From the NCBI RefSeq assembly GCF_001194135.2, contig NC_068982.1:6508710-6572450 (forward strand): a stretch of DNA of 63,741 nucleotides, written 5' to 3'. The notes under the pieces were generated by a model, which worked only from the letters and a program-made list of their open reading frames with translations, had not been told where the DNA came from and ran no database searches. Below, one piece after another: positions 1 to 12,139 of the stretch. Made by a program: the position numbers and the translations under genes. Source of the DNA: Octopus bimaculoides. Lineage: Eukaryota. The first letter of the stretch is position 1, and each line of letters starts with the position of its first letter.

Positions 1-113
1 ATATATATATAATAATATTAGGGACAAAATCCAAAATTACAGGTAAAAAATTATAGATAAAGTAACCAATTTTCAAGAACTCATCGATGAAAATCCACTA
101 TCACATATAGAAA

Positions 114-149
<36 letters not shown>

Positions 150-159
150 AGGGGAAACC

Positions 160-508
160 CAAGTACCTGGTGCCTTGCTGTACTCAAAAAGACCCTGTCC
201 TTCACAGCAGAAGTGTTAAGGCTGCATCACCTGGTGAAGAGGTTTGGCCTGCAAGAGTCATGTCCTGGTGTCACATAAAAAGCACTCATGCTAGTGCCAC
301 GTAACAGTGCTTGTGCTGGTGCCATGTTGAAAGCACCCAACATACACTGTAAAGTGGTTGGCATTAGGAAGGGCATCCAGCTGTAGAAACCAAGCCAAAT
401 CAGACTGGAACCTGGTGCAGTTCTCTGGCTTGCCAGCCGTGGACAAACCGTCCAACCCATGCCAGCATGGAAAACGGACGTTAAAGGATGATGGTGATGG
501 ATGATGAT
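160..508 (+). mobile_element. Family C (RTE-type 3' end derivative)
   Basis: GGCATTAGGAAGGGCATCCAGCTGTAGAAAC core, CCAACCCATGCCAGCATGGAAAACGGACGTTAAA end and degenerate (GAT)n tail, shared with ~20 other copies in the window. Confidence 0.85.
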
Positions 509-924
509 AAAAAAGAGACACATGGAGAATAAACTTAAGACAACTGATTGTCTAGGAATCTATATTTAATGTAGTCATATTATATCATATATTAAATGGA
601 TTTCCAAGCTCATTCTGCAAATTTAAACATAGTCAGCTTATGAGCAGCTGAGAGATGAGCCTGGGAATCCACATAACATATGACGTAATCTGTTATGATT
701 ACATTAAATAAAGGTCCCTAGTGAGTTGTTGCAAATTTAAACTCAATCTTTTGTTTATTATGCTTGTGCCACACTAAGTGTCCTCCTATTAATCAGATCA
801 TTGGTAAATAATTGAAATTAAGAATTACCCAACAGCAGAATCTAATCTGTATAATTACTGTCTACAATGCTGGACTATTTCACACATGCGTGCATACAAA
901 CACACACACACACATACATACATA

Positions 925-990
925 CCCAGACCCCAGTCGAACTGTCCAACCCATGCTAGAATGGAAGACGGACGTTAAACGATGATGATG
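925..990 (+). mobile_element. Family C terminal fragment
   Basis: TCCAACCCATGCTAGAATGGAAGACGGACGTTAAACGATGATGATG. Confidence 0.8.
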
Positions 991-1103
991 CTTCAGCTGA
1001 AAGAGGTTATCTTGTTATGACTGCACACATGGGTGAATGGTTAAATATATGAAACTGTAGGAGCCAAGGATAGAAAGATGTTAATTAGTATCATTATCGT
1101 TAT

Positions 1104-1283
1104 CAAGGAAGAATCATTAGCATGCCCGGCTAAATCCTTAGTGGCATTTCATCCGTCTTAACATTCTGAGTTCAAATTCTACCGACGTTGACTTTTTCTT
1201 TCATTCTTTATTAGTCGATAAAATAAGTACCATCTCCACCTCCCCCAAAATCGATGCCCTTGTGGCAAAATTTGAAATCATTA
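1104..1283 (+). mobile_element. SINE family B, decayed
   Basis: TTCTGAGTTCAAATTC B-box-like motif followed by GTCGATAAAATAAGTAC. Confidence 0.7.
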
Positions 1284-1303
1284 TCGTTATTATTGATCTT
1301 ATC

Positions 1304-1343
<40 letters not shown>

Positions 1344-1816
1344 ATGATAGTCACTGAAGGAGGAGTGAGATTACTAGATTTACTCTGCCAAATTATTATT
1401 TTTTCACTATAATGGCTATAGATTGCCACTGGGCAAATTTTTAGCTTGCTTTCTCACAAAAAAAAAAAAAAATGCAAACAGTCTGCAGTGTGAACATCTT
1501 ACAGTATTTCATAGATTTTTCTTTTTTTTTTCTCTATTTAAATTATGACTAAGTAAATTATAAGTGTGAGATATCAACTACCTCAAACTGCCAAAATGCC
1601 AATTACAATTTTTGTAAAACTGTAAGAAATATGATTTGCTAGCATTATAGATGCTTAAAACATATTTTATGACATGATGCTAGATGTGTGTAAAATAAGT
1701 CTACATTATGTAGTAAATTCAACAAATCTTAATCTATTTATGTATCATATGCACTGTTATGAATAGTACATATGATACATCAATACATCAATGTGTGTCT
1801 GTGTATGTGAGTGAAG

Positions 1817-1818
<2 letters not shown>

Positions 1819-1866
<48 letters not shown>
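1819..1866. repeat. (TG)n microsatellite
   Basis: direct reading. Confidence 0.95.
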
Positions 1867-1869
<3 letters not shown>

Positions 1870-2180
1870 GGCACGTGGCTTAGTGGTTAGGGTATTTGGC
1901 TTATGATTATAAGGTTATGAGTTCAATTCCTATTGATGTGTTGGTTCCTTGAGCAAGATACTTTACTTCACATGGCTCCGGTCTACTCAGCTGGCAAAAA
2001 TGAACTTTACCTGCATTTCAAAGGGCCGGTTTTGTCACATTCTGTATCATGCTGAATCTCCTTGAGAACTATATAAAGGGCAGATATGTCGGTGGGGAGC
2101 TCAGCTGTCTACATGTCAGCTTCACAAGGTGGCTGCTCCATTGATCAAATATTGTCGTAACTGAAGGAGTACACGATACA
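1867..2180 (+). mobile_element. SINE family F (tRNA head plus CORE-like domain)
   Basis: TGGCTTAGTGG A-box, GAGTTCAATTCC B-box, then TCCTTGAGCAAGATACTTTAC..CTCAGCTGGCAAAAATGA; related copies at 8190 and 17755. Confidence 0.8.
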
Positions 2181-2267
2181 TGTGTGTATTGTAATAATGT
2201 TCTACCATAAAGAGCCAGCAAAAATGCTGCTAAGCATTTCGTCTGCTCACTACCTTATAATAATAGC

Positions 2268-2560
2268 AACCAGATCTCAAAATCTAATCAGTATGTGCTA
2301 GTCACGTGACCAAAGAGCCTTTAAAATTTCATCCAAGTCCGTTTAGTGATTTTTGAGATATCTTGTCCACAGACAAACAAACAAACATGACTGAAAAACA
2401 GTACCTCCACCTTTACTAAGGCAGAGGTAATTATAACAACAAGAGTACTCAGAGAGTGCAAACCTCTGCCAACCATACACCAATGTCCTCTTAATTAACC
2501 GGAGATGATTTTTAAAATGTGAATATCTGAAATAAACTTGACTGCTCTGTTAGAACTTTC
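2268..2560 (+). mobile_element. Helentron/HINE-like non-autonomous element, 3' end joined head-to-tail to the next 5' end
   Basis: 3' hairpin ACCTCCACCTTTACTAAGGCAGAGGT (2403-2428) followed immediately by AACAAGAGTACTCAGAGAGTGCAAACCTC; both halves match the unit at 61242-61607. The class call is from memory of similar elements. Confidence 0.65.
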
Positions 2561-2871
2561 GACCACTACATCAACCCACCTGGCTTTTAACTTGGTTTGA
2601 CTCTTTTTCACATTTCTCATTTCCTTCCAAAGAAGCAGTTGGGATGGAGCTTTCACTTGTAACTTGTTAAACAGCAGAATCTTGGAATCAAAGAGGTTTG
2701 AAACAGAATAAGTTGAATGTATGTCTGTGATTGTTGTTTGTTTGTGTTTGTTTTGCTTGGGAAGAATGTACTTCTGAAAGAAGGCTTTTGGTTACACCAG
2801 CGAACTCTGTTGCTGTTGTATTAGGATTCAAGTCTTTGCAATAATTTTCAATGACAACAAGACGTACATGC

Positions 2872-3060
2872 ATAGGCGTAGGAGTGGCTTTGTGGGAAGT
2901 AGCTTGCTTGCGAACCACATGGTTCTGGGTTCAGTCCCACTGCGTGGTACCTTGGGCAAGTAATTTTTATTTTAGCCTCAGGCCAACCAAAGCCTTGTGA
3001 GTGGATTTGGTAGACAGAAACTGAAAGAAGCCCGTTGTATATATGTATATATATATATGT
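2872..3060 (+). mobile_element. SINE family A, 5' half
   Basis: ATAGGCGTAGGAGTGGCT..GGTTCAGTCCCAC tRNA-like head and CACCTTGGGCAAG CORE-like motif. Confidence 0.85.
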
Positions 3061-3061
3061 T

Positions 3062-3225
3062 GATTAGATTGACCTCAGTATGCAACTGGTACTAAATTTA
3101 ACGACCCCCAAAAGGATAAAAGGCAAAGTTGACCTTGGCGGAGTTTGAACTCAGAATGCAAAGACAGACGAAATACCGCTAAGCATTTCGCCTAGCGTGC
3201 TAAGGTTTCTGCCAGCTCGCCGCTT
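3062..3225 (-). mobile_element. SINE family B
   Basis: reverse complement of GGCGAGCTGGCAGAAAC..TTCTGAGTTCAAACTCCGCCAAGGTCAACTTTGCCTTTTATCC. Confidence 0.85.
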
Positions 3226-3711
3226 TTTGATTCCATATAATAGACAAGGAAGGAATCCTGTCCAGTTGCATGGCTTGAGAAAAAGAAAAAGATATGAATA
3301 ATAGCATTGTATATTACATGAAGAATCTGATATCTTCTGACACACCAAGTGAAATATTTTCTTGTCAGTCATTTAATAGGAACAGGAATCAATATCGTTA
3401 AACAAATTAGTGATACCAACATTCAAAAACTGTCATGTTAAATTTTTTTTCTCTGAGGGATATTTTTGAGTCTGTGATTTTTTTTTCAATAAATAAATAT
3501 TTTTAGAATAATTATTTACTGTTTTTTTTAAATTTTTTATTGTTATGATTTGTTGCTGCGAATATGTTCAAGTGTCATCTGCCCAGAGCTAATGATTTTC
3601 TACAAGAATTTCGAGTAATTTGTTGCACGAATACTGTAAAATGTCAAAATTTGATTATGATTTAGAAAATTATTTAAAAAACTACAACAACAATGGTTTT
3701 TAGTTTTGGCA

Positions 3712-3905
3712 CAAGGCCAGTAAGTTTTGGGGCAGGAGTAAGTTGATTCCACTGACTCCAGTGCCTAATTCATATTTATTCTATTGACCATGAAATGTTA
3801 AAAAGTAAAGTTAACATTGGCAGAATTTGAACTCAGAATGCAAAGATGGACAGAATGTTTATCAACATTTTGTCCTGTATGCTAACAATTCTACCGCTCA
3901 CCACT
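3712..3905 (-). mobile_element. SINE family B, decayed
   Basis: GAATTTGAACTCAGAAT and flanking family motifs. Confidence 0.7.
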
Positions 3906-4062
3906 CTAAATAACAACAACAACAACAACAAGAAGAACAACAACAACAATACTAATAATTATAATTATTTCAATATATATTTGATAAGGAAAGTAAATAA
4001 GATAGATCCTGTATCATACAATATTATAAATTTTCATCATTAAAAATATGTAAATAATTGCC

Positions 4063-4347
4063 ATAGGTGCAGGTGTAGCTGTGTGGTAAGAAGCTTGCTT
4101 CCCAACCACATGGTTCTGGGTTCAGTCCCATTGCGTGGCACCTTGGGCAATTAATTTTTATTTTAGCCTCAGGCCAACCAAAGCCTTGTGAGTGGATTTG
4201 GTAGATGGAAACTGAAAGAAGTCCGTTGTGTGTGTGTATATATATATGTATTAGAAGGTTTGGAGGTGATATACAGGAATTATATATTAGAAAAAATAAT
4301 AAGGTACTCAGATATCTGGATGGTTGTACATTTACAGATTTTTATTA

Positions 4348-4387
<40 letters not shown>

Positions 4388-4620
4388 ATATATTTATGTG
4401 TGTGTTACTTTGTGTCTGTGTTTGTCCCTCCACCATCGCTTGACAACTGATGTTGGTGGGTGTGTTTATGTCCATGAAACCTAGCTGTTCAGCAAAAGAG
4501 TCTGATGAAATAAGTACTAGGTTTACAAAGAATAAGTCCTGGAGTCAATTTCTTCAACTAAAAGCAGTGCTCTAGCATGGCCACAGTCAAATGACTAAAA
4601 CGTGTAAAAGAGTAAAAGAG
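4063..4620 (+). mobile_element. SINE family A, full length
   Basis: tRNA-like head, internal TA/TG microsatellite, 3' CATGGCCACAGTCAAATGACT..(GTAAAAGA)n tail. Confidence 0.9.
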
Positions 4621-5700
4621 AACTCCTGCCCACTTGAATGTGTTTTCCTTTACACTTAGGAGTGAAAACAAACGACTCAAAATCACTCCTTTTATTTCTA
4701 GATATCATCTTAAGGTTTGCTGTATTGTATGTGTTACCACAAACTTAGCTGTTGCTTTTTATGCATATGGTGACTCTAAGATATTTTCCTCTAAACACTT
4801 CTAATTTCTTATGACAACCAGTGTATAATCTTGAGTAATTATTTAGTCTTTCGTCATTTCTTCTGCAAATATGAAGGTAGACAGGTCTGAACTTGTCTCT
4901 TGCACTTGCCAAAATAATTGAAATAATATTAGCTATTGACTAATATTGTTTCTGGCTCATCATATAATCATTTCCAGTTAAAATTCTCACTGCATTGAAT
5001 ATGTTAACACTAACTATCAGCAAGACAGTTTGATAAATCCGTTGCAGCCATTTCATTGCCTTTTTTTTCTTTTTTTCCCTTCTTTCTTTGACAGGAAACA
5101 TTTATTCTTAAGATCTCAGTTCACTCACCATAGTTAGGTACAATAGTCTAGCCAACCATTCAGAAAGATCTCTCTCACTCTCTCTTGCTCTCGCTTTCTC
5201 TCTCCCTCTTGCTCATTGTTGCAAGAAATGCTGTTCATCTAATGAGGTGGAAGCTTAACTACCATGTGTAAAAGAATTGTCTATCTATTTTTCATTTAAT
5301 ATATCATATTTATTTTCCTTTCTTCAGGAAGAAGGAACCCAGAAGCAACATTCTACAGAGTTAGAGAAACATTTTTTTTTTATTTAAAATTCATATTATA
5401 TAGAAGTGTATGGAAGTTTGTTTTTTTTAATTCTTTCGTAAGTTTACTTTTGGTTTTTCAAAATAGACTAAAGTTAGATTATTCCTCCATACAAAGTTAA
5501 TTCAGATTATAAAACATCCTGGTAGAAAGCTCTAATCAGTGGCAAGGCTTCTATAAAATGTACGGTAAAGGGGTAACCCATTAGCATTTTAAACCAGTCG
5601 GATCCAGCCTAAATATTCTACCTGTTTCCTGTTCAAACTGGCCAGATCCAGCCTCTCATACCTACCATACAATGTCAATCTAAAAATAAACAATCACATC

Positions 5701-5766
5701 ATTGGCGTAGGGGTTAAGAGCACAGGCTACTAATCCCAAGATTCTGAGTTCGATTTCAAGGAGTGA

Positions 5767-5841
<75 letters not shown>

Positions 5842-6024
5842 CATCGAAAAATATCTTAGGAATGAGAACCCAGGTTTGAAATTTCCCCAAGACACCTGAA
5901 GAAGGCTGGAAGGTATATCAGCTGAAACGTTGTGTTAACAACAGACACGATGAGGACAAATATCTGTCGAATGTGAATAATGTAAATAATTTACATAATT
6001 CCTCATCTCTTAAATATAGAACTG
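5701..6024 (+). mobile_element. Family D: tRNA head, (AAT)n and hammerhead-containing tail
   Basis: TGGCGTAGGGG A-box, GAGTTCGATTTC B-box, (AAT)n at 5771-5838, hammerhead motif at 5891-5936, end CTTAAATATAGAACTGT. Confidence 0.85.
5891..5936 (+). ncRNA. Minimal type-I hammerhead ribozyme motif
   Basis: GACAC-CTGAAGA-A-GGCTG..CAGCT-GAAAC-GTT-GTGTT: CUGANGA and GAAA cores, stems I and II, palindromic AACGTT. Confidence 0.7.
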
Positions 6025-6479
6025 TATTATGAGATAATGTATGATTAATTATAAACAATGTGAATGAATAAGTGTTACGCTTGACACAGTTATCTGAATG
6101 CTAAGGGTTAGACTTTGATTTTTCTTGCTTTCCATTTTCTCAATATGCTTCCATAAAGCATATTGTCTAATGCTTTAAATTTTTCTACTTGTAGCCTTTA
6201 TTTTATCCATCATTTCTCAGTTATACTGAATATTCTTCTCAGAGAAATCCATTTCAAATCAACTTTCTCTCATGTTATCGTTTGTTTTTTTTTTCTTTTT
6301 TTATTACTCCAATGACTCTTTAATGGCCACATGAAAATCAAATAAGCATGAATTATTTTTTTAATCCAGAAATATAGATAAACAATTCTATCCATAGTTA
6401 AATCATTGTGTGTGCATGCACATGTGAGTATATATACATGTGTGTGTATGCATACACACACACACACAAATGAGCACCT

Positions 6480-7400
6480 CACACAATCTCCTCTCTATAT
6501 CCTCCCCCTCCACCCATCACCTCTCTCCCACTGCTGATCTCCCTTGATGCCATACTATTCATTCTTGCTACCTGGAACCATTTCAATTGTTAGCCATTCT
6601 TTATCCATTAATATTGTTCTCTCCACCCACACATTACAAGGATTCATCCCTCCAGCACTGAACCCAATTATTTTCCATCATGCACAATGCCTGCCTCTCG
6701 CTTCTCTTCTTCTTCGCCCCGTGGCATTTCGCTCTTGCTCTCTCTCCCTGTCAACTGCCCCATCATCATTATCTTGCTGCTTCTCCACACTCCTCTAACT
6801 GCTGCATCACTGGTTATCCCTCACTCATTATCCATCACTCCTTACATTCACCCTTAAATCTTACCGAATCATTACAGTTGTTCCTTACCTCCTCTCTCAT
6901 CCCCTGCTCCCTCATTTCTTGCTCCACCTAAACTCTTCCAAACTCCCCCCCCTAGTTCCTCTGTCCCTGTTCACTTCTTCTTGCTGCATATCCCAAGGGG
7001 CCACCCAAGCACTTCACCACCACTGCTTAACTTCTTGCATCTCCTACTGGTTAGTCTTACTCTCTAGTCAAAATGTGACATCCATGCAGTGCCTCTTCAA
7101 CAAAAATTACTCTGTCCTCACACTTTCCCAGACTGTAACAATTCATCCCCTTACATGTACCTGATCCCTCTCTCCCTCGAGATTCATAGTCTTGCAAGTT
7201 GCATGGCATCTCCGCTGGTGTTTGTGGTACAAAAAAAGGAGACCTGCTCTAAAGTTAATGGCATTAGGAAAGGCACCCTGCTATAGAAGCCATGCCAAAG
7301 CAGACACAGGAGCACGATGCAGTCCTTAAACCCATCACATCAAAACAACTGACCCATGTCAGCATAGCACATGGCCATTAAATGAAGACGATGATTTCTG
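6480..7400 (+). mobile_element. Pyrimidine-rich body ending in a family C-type 3' end
   Basis: CT-rich body, then GGCATTAGGAAAGGCACCCTGCTATAGAAG..CCCATGTCAGCATAG..TTAAATGAAGACGATGAT; same layout on the minus strand at 15870-16700. Confidence 0.5.
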
Positions 7401-7639
7401 CAACTTAATTTTTGGGCACTTATATAATTGCTATCAGACCATAGACATAGACTGGTTGATGAATCATGATGGAGTATCAACACTGAGGGCGAATTTAAAA
7501 GGAATACTACATGGTGAAAAACTTTTGTCACCTCATGGATTGGCTATCATTAAGACATCAGGCAAAATGCCTTGTGGTATTTAGAATGGCCATTTACATT
7601 CTGAGTTGATATTAGTTAGCAGATGAAGTAAGGTATAAC

Positions 7640-8100
7640 AAGCTGTAGTGTTTTCTTCCTTGCTGTATGGAGCTGAAACATTCATAGTCAATAAAGCTGA
7701 AGTAGATAAGTTACAAGTATTTATGATGAGACAGCCATGGCAAATTATGAATATCACTCCGTTTGACAAGATCAAGAGTGAAAAGATCCTGTGGTGTGCT
7801 GGTTCACTTCCTATGATGGAAATCCTCGTTGATAGAAATTTATGTTGGTTGGGACACATACACAGGGTGAACAACAGCTGACTCCTCAGACATTCTCCTT
7901 TGCTATGAAATATGCAAGAGGAAAAGAAACCATGGAAGCCCTAGATGGAGAGTCAAAGATACTGCAAAAAGGAACAGGAAGTGAACAGGAACCGATCGTA
8001 ATAAATGGCAAATTCAAACAAAAAAACAACCAGAACGGAGAAAGCTTCTCAAGTGATGCCAAAACCATGAACAGTCATAGTTGCAACAATTGACTGCAAA
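7640..8100 (+). pseudogene. RTE-BovB-like LINE, post-RT C-terminal fragment
   Basis: LLYGAETF..MR..IMNI..DKIKSEKIL..AG..WLGHIHRV motif series typical of RTE ORF C-termini; contains stops and frameshifts. Confidence 0.85.
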
Positions 8101-8143
8101 TAAGAATAAAATAATTATACAACTTTGCCATTAGCTTCTTTTA

Positions 8144-8189
<46 letters not shown>

Positions 8190-8570
8190 TGGAGGCACAA
8201 TGGTCCAGTGGTTAGGGCAGCAGACTCGCAGTCGTAGGATTGCAGTTTCAATTCCCAGACCAGGCACTGTGAGTGTTTATTGAGTGGAAACACTTAGAGT
8301 TCTACTAAGCTCCAGTAGGGGGTGGTGGTGAACCCTGCTGTACTCTTTCACCACAACTTTCTCTCACTCTTTCTTCCTGTTTCTGTTGTGCCTGTAATTC
8401 AAAGGGTCAGCCTTGTCACACTGTGTCATGCTGAATCTCCCCAAGAACTACGTTAAGGGTACACGTGTCTGTGGAGTGCTCAGCCACTTGCACGTTAATT
8501 TCACGAGCAGGCTGTTGCGTTGATCGGATCAACTGGAACCCTCATCATCATAACCGACAGAGTGCCACGA
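8190..8570 (+). mobile_element. SINE family F variant with a different tRNA head
   Basis: TGGTCCAGTGG A-box, CAGTTTCAATTCC B-box, 3' half AAAGGGTCAGCCTTGTCAC..GATCAACTGGAACCCTC shared with 1867 and 17755. Confidence 0.8.
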
Positions 8571-9279
8571 TGATATATATATTAAGGTAGCAAGGTGGCA
8601 AAATTGTTAATGCAATGTGCTGTCTAGGTAGGAAAGGTAGGCAGTGCCTACCTTAGATAAAGTAGATCGATAGCAACATTTTCCTTTTACGGCAAAATAT
8701 ATACCTAATTCACTAAAATTATGAAGGTTACTCTGATTACTATGTATAGAATGCAAGATATTTTATTTTTTTGTAGATTAGGCAGGCATAATTCATCCCT
8801 GCTTTTCAATCTCAGTATTTAAGCTACACATAATACTGCTGTAGTACACATGCTGCGTACATTTCTACAACAACGTTTTCTTTATGTCCTATAAAAGCAG
8901 AAGTAAATCTGCCTTCAACTCAGTCGCAAGCCTGTGTTTCACTTATTTTTTCGTGTGTTTTACTACATAAAGTCTTACTACAACTGCTTACCCTGAGTAA
9001 TTACAGATGGCACGTGCTTACTGTCTATAATAGAGAATGAGAGAAGAGAAGTTAACGAAAGAGACATAAAGACAATAGTACTTAAATATTAAATACAATT
9101 ATAATTTCTAGGAAAAATTATAATTCACTTACCTTAATAATATGCAAATTTATTTACATGTGTTAATGCAAATAAAATGTGTGTGTATTTGTGTGTGTGC
9201 ATGTGTGTATATATATAAACTTATATATATACTTGTAAATATGTGAGAGCATGAGAGAAAGAGTTGTTTGTTTGTGTGT

Positions 9280-9337
<58 letters not shown>

Positions 9338-9576
9338 CTTATATTCAATGACTATGAAAGGAACAAGCATAAAGCCATGTTTTATTATTTATCAACGTGC
9401 TGACCAGTTGCACATGACATTTATTTTCAAAAATAAATGTAACAATGTTTTTCGAGTCAACCTTTTTAAATGTTTTTGTATTTGTTTTTTTGTTTTTTTT
9501 TTTCAAAAAGTTTGAATGAGAAAGACAAATACTTGGTAAGAGATTGCAAAAGAGAAAATCAGAGAGAAAGAGGAAC

Positions 9577-9609
<33 letters not shown>

Positions 9610-9702
9610 GAGAGAATGAGAGGCAGACATAAAGGGAATGGGAGAAATCAACAGATACCCACAGAGAGAGGGAAGGGTGAGTGGTAGTTTACAGCAGTCG
9701 GT

Positions 9703-10131
9703 TACTCTTTTACTAGTTTCAGTCATTTGACTGTGGCCATGCTGGAGCACCACTTGTAGTCCAATAAATCGACCCCAGGAATTATTCTTTGTAAGCCTAG
9801 TACTTATTCTATCAGTCTCTTTTTTGCCAAACCGTTAAGTTACGAGGACGTAAACACACCAGCATCAGTTGTCAAGCGATGGTGAGGGGGACAAACACAG
9901 ACACAAACAACAAACACATACATATACATATGTACATATATATATATACATATACATATATATATACGATTGGCTTCTTTCAGTTTCTTTCAGTTTCCGT
10001 CTACCAAATCCACTCACAAGGCTTTGGTCAGCCCGAGGCTGTAGTAGAAGACACTTGCCCAAAGTGCCACACTGTGGGACTGGACCCAGAACCATGTGGT
10101 TGGAAAGCAATCTTCTTACCACATAGCCATT
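9703..10131 (-). mobile_element. SINE family A, full length
   Basis: reverse complement of the family A pattern. Confidence 0.9.
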
Positions 10132-10346
10132 TTTATTCCATTTTCTCATTGGTGACATAACAGGTTCAAATAACAGTTGCAATCAGACAGAAATCTTTTT
10201 TTTTTTTTTCCAAACAAAAAGAATTCAGCCTAATGATGCTCTTTAATGCTTTGGAGGTAAAATATCTATTAACAGGTTACCTTTACTTTGTATGACTAAT
10301 AGAAAGTCAGACCTGCTGCCTTTGATGCAAAAACCAGAATCTCTGA

Positions 10347-10657
10347 TATTATTTACATTTGATGGATATTTGTCCTCATCTTTTTTGTTGTTAACCCAAT
10401 GTTTCGGCTGATATACCCTCCAGCCTTCATCAGGTGTTTTGGGGAAATTTCGAAGTTGGGTTCTCATTCCTAAGGTATTTTTCAATGTTATTATTATTAT
10501 TAATTATCATTAATCAGGTCACTGCCTGGAATCAAACTCAGAAACTTGGGGTTAGTAGCCCGTGCTCTTAGCCACTATGACATACACCAAGTTAAAGACA
10601 AATATCCGTCAAATGTAAATAATGTACATAATTCCTCATCTCTTAAATATAGAACTG
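10347..10657 (-). mobile_element. Family D, inverted architecture with 13-bp TSD
   Basis: minus-strand head, AAT and hammerhead unit (10347-10583) plus a plus-strand terminal ~70 bp; flanked by CAGAATCTCTGAT and CAGAATCTATGAT. Confidence 0.85.
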
Positions 10658-10723
10658 CAGAATCTATGATGTTTGAAATCCCAATTTCTGAAGACTGTTT
10701 TAAAATAGTATTTCTATATATAT

Positions 10724-10724
<1 letters not shown>

Positions 10725-10755
<31 letters not shown>

Positions 10756-11230
10756 TTAACGTCCATTGTCCATGCTGGCATGGGTTGGACGGTTTGACCA
10801 GGTTAGCACACTGGGAGGCTGCATCAGACTCCAGTCTGATTTGGCATGGTTTTTCTATGGCTGGATGCCCTTCCCAATACACCATCCATTCCAAGAATAT
10901 AATGGGTGCTTTTACATGCCACTGGCAGGGGTACCGTTTGTGTGCCACCAGGGTACCTTTACGCACCAGCAGCACAGGTGCCAGTTTGCATGGCACCGAT
11001 ATCTGCCACGACTGTGATTTTGCTTGGCTTGAAGGGTCTTCTTAAGCACAACATAATGCCAAAGATCTCGATCATTGCCTCCGTGAGGCCCAATACTGGA
11101 AAGGAACTCAGCCATTTTGCCTCCATGAGGCCCAACACTCGAAAGGTGTTCTTTACATGTGACCAGCATGGGTACACTTGGCTTGACATGCACTTGTGCT
11201 GGTCGCATGTAAAGAACACCTTTCGAGCGA
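10725..11230 (-). mobile_element. Family C with a decayed RTE ORF C-terminus
   Basis: (CAT)n tail and core; the minus strand encodes VLGLTEAMI.. and DRDLWHYVVLKKTLQAK-like remnants. Confidence 0.8.
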
Positions 11231-11429
11231 TGTATAGGTATGGTGAAACGAAACTAAAGAACACTTTCAAGGGCAGAGTTTGTTGCAAATTCTTGAGTGA
11301 CCTTAATTGTGGATTTCTATTCTGGTTAGAGTGTCATATATTTTTTCCCTCCAAAAAGCTGATCTCCTCCACTTCTAATGTATGAATTTTACATATTCTT
11401 GAAAGTAGACAGACACATTTTTATGTTGT

Positions 11430-11510
11430 ATACCAGTGGCCCTCAACCATTTTTTTAAACTATGGACCCTTTCATTTCCTATTTTATTCAGGTGGACTCT
11501 CAAAAATATT
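11430..11510 (+). mobile_element. hAT/Charlie-like MITE end fragment
   Basis: CAGTGGCCCTCAACCATTTTTT..ATGGACCC resembles CAGTGGTTCTCAAC hAT termini (recalled); no partner end seen. Confidence 0.35.
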
Positions 11511-11544
11511 TGATGTTTAAAACATCCAATTATGTTCTTATAAT

Positions 11545-12058
11545 TAAATCAAAATCAAAATCGCTGACGTGGCTGATGACAGTACCGCCTGATTGGTACT
11601 TGTGCCAGTGGAATGTTAAAAGCACATCTGAGCATGATCGTTACCAGGGCCAAGGATTGGCTCCCGAGCCGGTGACATGTAAAAAGCACCATTCGAGCAT
11701 GATCATTGCCAGTGTTGCCTTACCGGCATGTGCTGGTGGCATGTGAAAAACAACATTCATGCGTGGTCATTGCCAGTGCCACTGGACTGGCTCCCCATGC
11801 AGGTGGCACGTAAAAAACACCTTTTGAACATGGTCGTTGCCAGAACCGCCTGACTGGCCCTCATGACGGCGGCATGTAAAAGCACCCACTACACTCTCGG
11901 AGTGGTTGGCATTAGGAAAGGCATCCAGCTGTACAAACTTTACCAGATCAGATTGGGCCTGGTGCAGCCTTCTGGTTCACCAGTCCTCAGTCAAACCATC
12001 CGACCCATGCCAGCATGGAAAGCAGATGCTAAACGACAAGGAAGATGATGATGAATTA
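11545..12058 (+). mobile_element. Family C with ~5 internal hairpin units
   Basis: five TGCCAG..GTGGCA(C/T)GTAAAAAGCACC-type units, then core and GAT tail. Confidence 0.85.
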
Positions 12059-12139
12059 AATTTGATCAGGAATTGCATAAAAAAAGAATAGTTAAAATAT
12101 CTTGGGTCTAGTCAGAGTATAACTAGAGTCAAGTGCATC

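Larger units (their letters stand above)
5574..6110. mobile_element. TTAA-type (piggyBac-like) MITE family 2, interrupted by a family D element
   Basis: ends TAACCCATTAGCATT and AATGCTAAGGGTTA are inverted repeats; an uninterrupted relative lies at 62655-62860. Confidence 0.65.

Noticed and set aside
5701-5770. tRNA-like sequences at the heads of families A, B, D and F as real tRNA genes
   Set aside because: They lack complete acceptor stems and terminators and are always attached to repeat bodies.
11560-11890. CRISPR-like appearance of the family C unit arrays
   Set aside because: Eukaryotic context, whole units are homologous (no unique spacers), no cas genes, and the array is contiguous with an RTE ORF.
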